This document shows positions 17,432 to 25,093 of a DNA stretch of 32,000 bases, piece by piece. Location: positions 3,828,814-3,860,813 of the forward strand of contig NZ_CP096980.1 in NCBI RefSeq assembly GCF_002006355.2. Direction: 5' to 3'. The notes under the pieces are model-generated. The model was not told the origin of the DNA. It worked only from the letters and a program-made list of their open reading frames with translations, and did no database searches. Position 1 is the first letter of the stretch. Every line of letters starts with the position of its first letter. The stretch comes from Clostridium felsineum DSM 794 (GTDB taxonomy: Bacteria > Bacillota > Clostridia > Clostridiales > Clostridiaceae). A program made the translations under genes and the position numbers.

Positions 17432-19687
17432 CTAATTGCTAGCTTTAAAGTTATAAATAGGTTTTAAAATTTTATATACTTCTACTGAATCTTTAATATT
17501 TTCTATAATTTCTTCTATTGGTTTATATGCCATAGGTGCTTCATCCAATGTAGAATAATTAATCGATGTAGTATAAATTCCTTCCATTGATTTTTTAAAT
17601 TCCTCTAAACTTAATTCTGCTTTTGCCCTATTTCTACTCATAAGTCTGCCAGCACCATGTGGCGCAGAGTAATTCCAATCAGCGTTACCTTTTCCAAAAG
17701 CTAATATACTTCCATCTCTCATATTTATAGGAATTAAAAGTTTTTCATCCTTATATGCTGAAATACTTCCTTTTCTTATTATGTTATCCTTGAAATTTAT
17801 GTAATTATGCACTGTATTAAAATAACTAAAGTCTTTAAGACTTTTTCCCATTAACTTTTTTAATATTATATCTGCCATAGTTTCTCTATTTAATGCAGCG
17901 TATTCTTGACATATATTCATATCATTTAAATATTTTTCTCTATATTTTCCTGTCAAAAAACATAACTCTTTTGGGTATGATGGCTTCATATCATCATACT
18001 CTTTTTTTAGTTCTTTTAATTTAGCTTCTATAAGTTTTCTTTTCCCTTGTCTTTTGTATTCTTCTATAAGCTTATCTTTTTCCTTGAAATAATCTTCTTT
18101 ACCAGAACATAAATCAATGGCAATATTTTGATATATCTCTGCAACTTGCTTACCTAAATTTCTACTTCCTGAATGAATTACAAGATATATATTATCTTCA
18201 TCATCCTTATTAAGTTCAATAAAGTGATTTCCTCCGCCTAAAGTACCAATACTTTTTTCAATTCTTTTTGTATTCTTTAAATCCCTGTAACAGTATAATT
18301 CTTTAAGTTCATTAAACTTAACACTTCTCCCCTCATGTACTGACATTCCTGAAGGTACATATTTTCTAATAATCTCGTCTAGCTTTTCTAAATCTATATT
18401 AATTTTTCCAAGCTCAATTGTTGTCATTCCACAACCTATATCTACTCCTACTATGTTAGGAATAACCTTATCACCTAAATCAGCAGTAAAACCTATAACG
18501 CAGCCTTTACCTGCATGAGTATCTGGCATTATCACAATTTTACTATTCTTACAAAAGTCTTGATTACATAGTTCAACGATCTGTGCCACTACTTCTGGCT
18601 CTAATTTACTTGTATAAACTCTAGCTGTATTATATTTTCCTTTTACTTCTATCATCTTGTTATCATCCTTTCTACAAACATTAAATCCATTTATATCGAG
18701 AGCAACCCTTATTCTCCTTATTATTTCGTTTCTTATTTTTTCAGGTTCTAATACCTTAACATACGGTCCTAAAGCTAATATTTTTCTTATTATTTCTTCT
18801 TCCTCAAAAGTGTAATAAAAAAGTTTCAATTCATATTTATCTTTTGAAATGCACCTTGAATACCTCTCCAATTCTGAAAAGCTCATGAAACATCTTTCCA
18901 TAGCAAATTTTTTATCAATAACTTCCATAATAATAGGTTCTTTAGAATATTTTTGAGATCGCAATTTCTTTAAAATATCTTCTCTTTTTATATTAGAATT
19001 GATATTTTCATATATTTTAATATCACTCATACTAAAAATATCAGACATTACAAATCTATTTTCATCTGTAGAATACATTGAAACTCTGAACCTTTCATCC
19101 CTAAGTGAATACTCTAGTCTTATAGGAAAAGCACTTTTATCAAAATATCCATTCCCATATTTATTCATGCCCCTGTACCTTACACTTTTTTCTTCTGAAA
19201 TTGCCTTTAAAAGTTTCCTGAAATTTTCTTCAAATTCTTCAGTGCTTTTAACACTATATGCCTTAGATTGGTTAGTTATATGGACAATTTCATTTATTAT
19301 AGGTGCATCAACATCACAAATAGCATTTTTAAGCTTTTCTATTGTAGAACTTCTTAAAATATTTTTTATATCTTTATGCTCTAGCATATTTTTAAGCCAC
19401 GCCTTTTCTAAATTTGTAAATCTAACAGGTATAGCTTTATCTATTTTTATATTGGGATAATAAACACCGTTTTTTTCTTTAAGCAGATTAAAATTCTCAC
19501 TATTAGAATATTTATTAAGGAGAAGCCCTTCAAAACTCTTTTGATCATTTCCTATAACTTTTTCTTCAAATTCTTCTTCATCAATTATTTTAATTATATC
19601 TTGTTTAAATATTCCTCTTTTACACTCATTAAGTACTTTAAATACAATATGCATGTATCTATTTTTTCTTTCATCAAAGAGCTCCAT
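17432..19687 (-). CDS. rtcB: WYL-WCX sensor-like N-terminal module (res 1-~340) fused to full-length RtcB 3'-phosphate/5'-hydroxyl RNA ligase (res 345-751)
   Basis: RtcB motifs are all present: PDTHAGKG, VGVDIGCGM (D416, C419), GGGNHFIEL (H488), IHSGSRNLG (H505), TVHNYI (H627), APHGAGR (H677, guanylylation His). The N-terminal part has a WYL-like strand block (FPIRLEYSLRDERFRVSMYSTDENRFVMSDIFSMSDIKI). A WCX-like block follows (KYELKLFYYTFEEEEIIRKILALGPYVKVLEPEKIRNEI). Confidence 0.85.
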   Translation of the reverse strand: MELFDERKNRYMHIVFKVLNECKRGIFKQDIIKIIDEEEFEEKVIGNDQKSFEGLLLNKYSNSENFNLLKEKNGVYYPNIKIDKAIPVRFTNLEKAWLKNMLEHKDIKNILRSSTIEKLKNAICDVDAPIINEIVHITNQSKAYSVKSTEEFEENFRKLLKAISEEKSVRYRGMNKYGNGYFDKSAFPIRLEYSLRDERFRVSMYSTDENRFVMSDIFSMSDIKIYENINSNIKREDILKKLRSQKYSKEPIIMEVIDKKFAMERCFMSFSELERYSRCISKDKYELKLFYYTFEEEEIIRKILALGPYVKVLEPEKIRNEIIRRIRVALDINGFNVCRKDDNKMIEVKGKYNTARVYTSKLEPEVVAQIVELCNQDFCKNSKIVIMPDTHAGKGCVIGFTADLGDKVIPNIVGVDIGCGMTTIELGKINIDLEKLDEIIRKYVPSGMSVHEGRSVKFNELKELYCYRDLKNTKRIEKSIGTLGGGNHFIELNKDDEDNIYLVIHSGSRNLGKQVAEIYQNIAIDLCSGKEDYFKEKDKLIEEYKRQGKRKLIEAKLKELKKEYDDMKPSYPKELCFLTGKYREKYLNDMNICQEYAALNRETMADIILKKLMGKSLKDFSYFNTVHNYINFKDNIIRKGSISAYKDEKLLIPINMRDGSILAFGKGNADWNYSAPHGAGRLMSRNRAKAELSLEEFKKSMEGIYTTSINYSTLDEAPMAYKPIEEIIENIKDSVEVYKILKPIYNFKASN

Positions 19688-20960
19688 AACTATATAGCAT
19701 CTCCTTCCAATCTTCTGTAAGCTTATTTATTATGTCTCTTCCTTTAATAACCTTAATGTATCCTAAATATCCTCTTATCCAAGGAACCATCTCAATACTG
19801 TCATTTACAATCATATCTAAATGATATATTCCCTCTTCTATTTTAGTAATTTTTCCATTAGGTACTTCACTTTTTATTTTTTCGATAATATATATCTCTC
19901 TAGTTTCATCAATTTTTATCTCTAATTTAATTTCTTCTTTAACTTTACCTCCACTCAAATTTACACTTGACCAACTATATTTAAATTGTTTATCATAAAG
20001 CTTTTTAAAATTATTATCTTTATAAACTTCTTTTGAAATTTTAATCTCTGCTATTCTATCAAGTCTTAAAGTAACACAACTATTATTGTCTGAAAATGCT
20101 ACTAAATAGAACCTTCCACAGGATGAATCATATCGAATTTTATAAGGTTTTAATTGCTCTTTTGAAGTTTTATTAGTACCTTTACCACTCCTATATTCAA
20201 GCTTAATATATCTTTTTCTATGTATAGCTCTTAAAATTTTCCAAAGTATATCTTCTTCAATTACTGGATGAAAATATAAACCTTTATACTGAAAATAGTC
20301 TTTTTCCTTTACTTCTATTCCTCTTTCATACAAAGCGTAATCTTTTAAATTTTTCTCAAAATAATACCCAGCAGTTACAGGTAGTATAATATTTTTAAAC
20401 AAAGCTACTGAATCAATTAAATTTTCTATTTCTTCTAAGCTAAGTTCTTTTAAAATATCATCTTCTATACTATAATTCTTCGTTCTTTTTATTGTGTCAC
20501 ACTTTACTATACCAAGCTTTTTTACCATTTCATTAAGCTTTCTTTCTACTGTTTTGCTACTTATATCATCATAAGATATAATACCTTCATTAATTAAACC
20601 ATCTTCTATTTCTCTAAAAGAACATGGTTTATTTTTTGCATTCAAAAACATCAAAAGATTAAAATATAAAATCAAATCTGCCTTTGTAAAACTTTTTGTC
20701 ATATATGTATTAACCAGAAAATTCTCCGTGTTTGTTATGGAATCATATGTTAAAGCTAATAGCTTATTTCTTCCGTCTCTATCTATTCTAATAAACTCAG
20801 ATTCTATGTACTGTTGTATTCTTCTCATTTCATAGCTTATCTTTCTAGAACTCATATTTCTTTTTTCTTCAAGATCTTCTCTTGAAAAGCATCCATATAG
20901 AAAAACATCTCTTAGTATATCTCTAATTATATTGTAGTGCTTTATAAAATCGTTGAACAT
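19674..20960 (-). CDS. HTH-WYL-WCX domain protein (PafB/PafC-, BrxR-, CapW-like architecture), probable regulator/partner of the RtcB fusion
   Basis: 428 aa with SD AAGGAGAG 7 nt upstream. HTH-like segments are MSSRKISYEMRRIQQYI and CSFREIEDGLI...SSKTVERKLNEMVKKLG. The WYL-like block is YKIRYDSSCGRFYLVAFSDNNSCVTLRLDRIAEIKI. The WCX-like block is IYHLDMIVNDSIEMVPWIRGYLGYIKVIKGRDIINKL. The stop overlaps the next gene's start by 14 nt. Confidence 0.75.
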   Translation of the reverse strand: MFNDFIKHYNIIRDILRDVFLYGCFSREDLEEKRNMSSRKISYEMRRIQQYIESEFIRIDRDGRNKLLALTYDSITNTENFLVNTYMTKSFTKADLILYFNLLMFLNAKNKPCSFREIEDGLINEGIISYDDISSKTVERKLNEMVKKLGIVKCDTIKRTKNYSIEDDILKELSLEEIENLIDSVALFKNIILPVTAGYYFEKNLKDYALYERGIEVKEKDYFQYKGLYFHPVIEEDILWKILRAIHRKRYIKLEYRSGKGTNKTSKEQLKPYKIRYDSSCGRFYLVAFSDNNSCVTLRLDRIAEIKISKEVYKDNNFKKLYDKQFKYSWSSVNLSGGKVKEEIKLEIKIDETREIYIIEKIKSEVPNGKITKIEEGIYHLDMIVNDSIEMVPWIRGYLGYIKVIKGRDIINKLTEDWKEMLYSYGAL

Positions 20961-21010
20961 TGAATGCTCTCCTTTTCTGTTTTAGATTACATTAAGTATA
21001 ACTTATGAAG

Positions 21011-21039
21011 AACATATTTCACAGACAAAAAGCTTGCAA
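21011..21039 (-). promoter_or_regulatory. Candidate promoter of the WYL/RtcB operon
   Basis: On the minus strand: TTGCAA (21039-21034), a 17-nt spacer, then TATGTT (21016-21011), about 50 nt upstream of the ATG at 20960. The -10 matches the consensus at only 4 of 6 positions. Confidence 0.3.
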
Positions 21040-21047
21040 GAATATTT

Positions 21048-21085
21048 AAAAGGCCGTAAATCCATTTAAGAACTAACGACCTTTT
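21048..21085 (-). terminator. Rho-independent terminator of the serine hydrolase gene
   Basis: On the minus strand: AAAAGGTCGT / ACGGCCTTTT (10 bp with one G-U pair, 18-nt loop) followed by TTTTAAATATT. It insulates the WYL/RtcB operon from upstream transcription. Confidence 0.55.
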
Positions 21086-21100
21086 ACTAAACTATATATT

Positions 21101-22978
21101 TTAAAACTTAAGCAAATTCCAATTTAACACACTAAAAACAAAGGCATATAGTACCAAAATCTTAAGTATTGCTATAAGGTTATAATAAATTTTACTTTTT
21201 TCTTTTATAATAACTATTAAAGACAATATACTATAAAACACAGTAAGAATAATTGAAATTATTAAAAATAATGATGCTGTTTTTATATACCAGGTTATAC
21301 CATAATACATCTCATAGGATACTATCCAGTATAAAATTCCAAATAAAGACACTATATTTAATAAACCTATGAAAAATATTGTACGTTTAAGAACTTTTTT
21401 AATTATATTTTTTTCTTCTTTTCTTTTAAAAATACTAATAAACCCTTTTAATATTTCCATTACAAAAACTAATAATGAAACTATAAAAATAATTAAACTT
21501 AATGCATAGTTATCCTTAACTCCTACCTTTTCAAAGCTATCATAAGGCGTATTATTAAAGAAAACATATTTTATCTTTGCATTATTTTCTCTAAAAGCCA
21601 CCAATTCATTATTATCAGCTCTTCTAAAAAGATTATTAGAAACCTTTATAAGCCTTGCTGTTTCCTTTTGTTTTAAATGACTTACACCATGATAAACTAA
21701 ATTATTATCATCATATGTAATTTTCACATCCTCATTTTCATCAATCGCCCCTAAAAAACTGATAAACTTTAAAATATTACTTTTTGCATTATCATGGTAA
21801 GACCTATAAGTACCAACATACCTTAAAGCCTCTTTTGAACTTATAACTTTAGTAGACTCAACTTTTTTATTACTATTTTTATCAATATATTTATTAAAGA
21901 AACTATTTTCTATATTGTTTATAGCAGGTGCGGCTCCAGTTAGATTATTTGATACTATATAAATTCCAAGATTATCTTCAGTATCTAACAGCATATCATC
22001 AAAATATCCTATAGCCAGTGCTCCCTCATGTCCGATAAGTCTTTTGCCCTTAATATTTTTTTCAAAAAATCCATACCCAATTCCAGATAAATTTTTATCA
22101 TTTGAAAAGTGATGCTGCTGCATTAATTTTATTGTCTTTTCATTTAAAATTTTATTATTTTTATAGGTTCCCTTCTGTAATTGTGCTATCATAAATTTCC
22201 CCATATCCTTTGGCGAAGCATTTATACCTCCAGCAGGATTATCATTATAATAATAGTAGTCCTCTTTAAATAATGAATTATAGTTTTTTGCCAAATTATT
22301 TATTGGTAAGCCCACAGTACTATTTTTCATATTTAAAACATCAAAAATATTTTTTTGTATATAATCTTCATATTTCATTCCAGATACGTTTTCTATAATT
22401 CTTCCCAATAAGTCTATACCAATATTACTATATAAACATACCTTACCTGGCTCATTTACAACTACTGGTGGATGCTCTTTTAGAAATTCCTCTAAAGACA
22501 TTACCTCCTTTTTATTTCTTGCTGAATCATATGACATTGTAGCTTCATCGATTCCAGAAGTATGAGTAAGCAAATCTTCTATTATTACTTTTCTTTTGAA
22601 ATCATTTTGAATCTTAATATCCTTTAAATACTTATTAGCATCGTCTTTTAAATCAATTTTTCCCTCTTCATAAAGCTGCATAATTGCTGTTTCAGTAAAT
22701 AATTTTGATGTAGAACCTATTCTGTAGACACTAGTATTTGTATCTGCTTTAATTTTATTTTTAATATCCTGATATCCTAAACTATTTTCATAAACTACAT
22801 TACCATCCTTAACAACCACAACACATAGACTTGGCAACTTATATTTATCAAAGTTTTTTTTAGTTACATCATCTAAAAATGGCTTAATATCCTTTGCCTT
22901 TGTATTATAAGAATTAAATAAATTTAAAAATGTAAAAATGCAAATTAAAAAAAATAAGAACTTACTAATAGTTTTCAT
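21101..22978 (-). CDS. Membrane-anchored serine hydrolase of the beta-lactamase/PBP (class C / EstB-like) fold with a C-terminal multi-TM domain
   Basis: 625 aa with SD GGGAGGA 7 nt upstream. It has an N-terminal signal/anchor, SxxK (GSTSKLFT), YxN (LYSNIGIDLLG) and H-x-G (IGHEGA) in the KTG position. The C-terminal ~140 residues form about 4 hydrophobic helices. Confidence 0.8.
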   Translation of the reverse strand: MKTISKFLFFLICIFTFLNLFNSYNTKAKDIKPFLDDVTKKNFDKYKLPSLCVVVVKDGNVVYENSLGYQDIKNKIKADTNTSVYRIGSTSKLFTETAIMQLYEEGKIDLKDDANKYLKDIKIQNDFKRKVIIEDLLTHTSGIDEATMSYDSARNKKEVMSLEEFLKEHPPVVVNEPGKVCLYSNIGIDLLGRIIENVSGMKYEDYIQKNIFDVLNMKNSTVGLPINNLAKNYNSLFKEDYYYYNDNPAGGINASPKDMGKFMIAQLQKGTYKNNKILNEKTIKLMQQHHFSNDKNLSGIGYGFFEKNIKGKRLIGHEGALAIGYFDDMLLDTEDNLGIYIVSNNLTGAAPAINNIENSFFNKYIDKNSNKKVESTKVISSKEALRYVGTYRSYHDNAKSNILKFISFLGAIDENEDVKITYDDNNLVYHGVSHLKQKETARLIKVSNNLFRRADNNELVAFRENNAKIKYVFFNNTPYDSFEKVGVKDNYALSLIIFIVSLLVFVMEILKGFISIFKRKEEKNIIKKVLKRTIFFIGLLNIVSLFGILYWIVSYEMYYGITWYIKTASLFLIISIILTVFYSILSLIVIIKEKSKIYYNLIAILKILVLYAFVFSVLNWNLLKF

Positions 22979-23025
22979 ATATTATTCCTCCCAAACTTAA
23001 CTTTAAAATAAGCTTATAAGAAACA

Positions 23026-23064
23026 ACTTACAAAACCTTAAATAAATTCTTACGAAAATCTTAC
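23026..23064 (-). promoter_or_regulatory. Phased direct repeats GTAAGA / GTAAGA / GTAAGT: candidate OmpR-family response-regulator binding sites upstream of the hydrolase gene
   Basis: On the minus strand the hexamers start at 23064, 23053 and 31-bp-downstream 23031, giving 11-bp and 22-bp spacing (whole helical turns). A TATAAG -10 candidate (23018-23013) has only a weak -35 (TTAAGG). Confidence 0.35.
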
Positions 23065-24182
23065 AATTTTATATTTTCTTTAGGTAACAACACTTGAAAC
23101 ACCGTTTCATTATCATCACTAGCTACTTTCAGTTCTCCCCTATGAACCTCCACAATACTTTTGGCAATAGCAAGTCCCATACCTTTACCACCAGTATTTT
23201 TATTTCTAGATTTTTCACTCCTATAAAACCTTTCAAAAATATATGGCTGCTCTTCTATTGGTATCTTATTTCCATAATTTATTATCTTCACAGAGACTCT
23301 ATCCTTTATTATGCCAATTTCAATACTAATTTTCTTACCTTCTTTACCATAAAAAATGTTATTATTAATAATATTTTCAAAGAGCCTTACTATTAAATTT
23401 ATGTCTCCAACAATAAATGGCTTTTCATTTTGGCAGTTAATATTAAAGGTCATGTGAAACTTTTCAAGTGTTGGAATAAATCCAACCATTATCTGTTCAA
23501 TTAAATCCTTTATACTTATAGCTTCTTTTTTTATATCAATACCTTTAAAATTTATACTTGTATATTCTAATAAATCCTCTACCAAATTCTTCAATTCATC
23601 ACATTTTTTTAATACTACATTAATACAATTATTACATAAAGACTTGTGTTCACATTCTACTTTTTTAATTATCTCCATGTATCCTATAACGGAAGTTAAT
23701 GGCGTTCTTAAATCATGAGAAATATTGCTTATCATATCATTTTTTAATTTTTCACTTTCGCGATCCTTTTTAATCAAATCTTCAAGCTTTTGTGACATAG
23801 TATTAATGTTTTTGGCTATTTGCCCAATTTCATCATCTGTATTTACCTTTATATTGATATTAAAATTACCCTTAGAAATTTCATTTATGTTTTTATTTAT
23901 ATCATTGATATTATAAATTGTTTTTCTTGTAAATATGTAAAAAAATACAGTGGTAATACAAATAAAAATTAAGAAAGCTATCATCAAAATACATGCATTT
24001 AAATTTAAATGTTTATTACACCAGTCACTCCAGTTAGCATATGTAACATCATACATTACTTTTAAAAATTGAAATAATAGAAAAGTGGTTAAAATAACTG
24101 ATAATGTAATACTTCCTGCAAATGCTCTTAATAACTTAAATCTAATTCCTTTAGTTATACTAGTCTTCAATTTTGTAACCAA
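23061..24182 (-). CDS. Sensor histidine kinase (2 TM, HAMP, HisKA, HATPase_c)
   Basis: The H-box is ISHDLRTPLTSVIGY and the G-box is GGKGMGLAIAKSIVEVH. A HAMP-like DEIGQIAKNINTMS is present, with two N-terminal TM helices. The ORF-track start is TTG at 24182, directly abutting GGGGAG. TTG at 24170 (12 nt from the SD) is the more likely true start. Confidence 0.85.
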   Translation of the reverse strand: MVTKLKTSITKGIRFKLLRAFAGSITLSVILTTFLLFQFLKVMYDVTYANWSDWCNKHLNLNACILMIAFLIFICITTVFFYIFTRKTIYNINDINKNINEISKGNFNINIKVNTDDEIGQIAKNINTMSQKLEDLIKKDRESEKLKNDMISNISHDLRTPLTSVIGYMEIIKKVECEHKSLCNNCINVVLKKCDELKNLVEDLLEYTSINFKGIDIKKEAISIKDLIEQIMVGFIPTLEKFHMTFNINCQNEKPFIVGDINLIVRLFENIINNNIFYGKEGKKISIEIGIIKDRVSVKIINYGNKIPIEEQPYIFERFYRSEKSRNKNTGGKGMGLAIAKSIVEVHRGELKVASDDNETVFQVLLPKENIKL

Positions 24183-24861
24183 CTCCCCAAACAGTTTTTA
24201 TTATCTTAGGCTCTCTAGGGTTGTCCTCTATTTTTTCTCTAATCCTTGCAATATGAACCATAACCGTATTATTTCCCTGAAAATATTTTTCCTTCCACAC
24301 TCTTTCAAAAATTTCTTCTAGTGGAAACACCCTATTGGGGTTTTCAGCCATAAGTAATACAATTTCATATTCCGTTTTTGTTAAATTAATTTCTTTTTCA
24401 TATACTTTAACCTTTAAAGTTTCCTTATTAATTTCAAGACCACTTACTTTTATTAAAGAATCCAAAGAATTTTGCTTACAATTATCATTTAAATAAATAT
24501 ATCTTCGAAGCTGCGCTTTAATTCGTGCTATAAATTCCATGTTGCTAAAGGGCTTTACTATATAGTCGTCTGCACCGGTACTTAAAGCAACAACTTTATC
24601 TACTTCAGAAGCTTTAGCACTTAAAATTATAATTGGTATATTTTTAGTCATCCTTACTCTTCTACAGACCTCCATGCCGTCAAGCTCCGGCATCATTATA
24701 TCTAAAACTATTAGATGAACCTCATTTTTTTCTACAAGCTGAAGTGCTTCTTTTCCATTATAAGCTTTTAATACACTGTATCCCTCGCTTTTTAAATTAA
24801 ATTCCATAAAATCAATTATTTCTTTATCATCATCTACTATTAGAATTTTTTCACTACTCAT
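24160..24861 (-). CDS. OmpR/PhoB-family response regulator
   Basis: The receiver domain has ILIVDDD, a phospho-acceptor D in LIVLDIMMP, and K in VKPF. The winged-helix C-terminus reads TVWGVGYKIE. I prefer the ATG at 24861 (GAGGT 9 nt upstream) over the ORF-track TTG at 24867. Confidence 0.9.
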   Translation of the reverse strand: MSSEKILIVDDDKEIIDFMEFNLKSEGYSVLKAYNGKEALQLVEKNEVHLIVLDIMMPELDGMEVCRRVRMTKNIPIIILSAKASEVDKVVALSTGADDYIVKPFSNMEFIARIKAQLRRYIYLNDNCKQNSLDSLIKVSGLEINKETLKVKVYEKEINLTKTEYEIVLLMAENPNRVFPLEEIFERVWKEKYFQGNNTVMVHIARIREKIEDNPREPKIIKTVWGVGYKIED

Positions 24862-24949
24862 TAACAAAATACCTCATTATAAATTATTCATTAAGCATCT
24901 ATTATAGCATAATTTAATCTGTATATAATTGGAGTATCTTTGATTACCA

Positions 24950-24993
24950 ATAAAAAAACTCACGAAAATCCAAAATCAGGTTTTCGTGAGTTT
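24950..24993 (-). terminator. Rho-independent terminator of the GPH transporter gene
   Basis: Perfect 13-bp inverted repeat AAACTCACGAAAA (24956-24968) / TTTTCGTGAGTTT (24981-24993). On the minus strand the stem is followed by a T7 run. Confidence 0.8.
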
Positions 24994-25093
24994 CAAAGTA
25001 GAGTTGAGATTATCCTTTAAAAACACAAACACATCTCAAGATATTGCATATTAATATCTTCATTAACTATACTTTAATTAACTAAAAATTATT

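Noticed and set aside
18999-19460. Plus-strand 153-aa ORF antisense to the WYL part of the RtcB fusion
   Set aside because: It is the longest antisense ORF in the window, but it is S/L/F/I low complexity with no SD and lies fully inside the better-supported minus-strand frame. It would only be worth revisiting if RNA-seq shows antisense transcription.
23094-24321. Plus-strand ORFs 23094..23396, 23725..23916 and 24085..24321, antisense to the HK/RR genes
   Set aside because: They are antisense to genes with clear H-box, G-box and receiver motifs, and their composition is an artefact.
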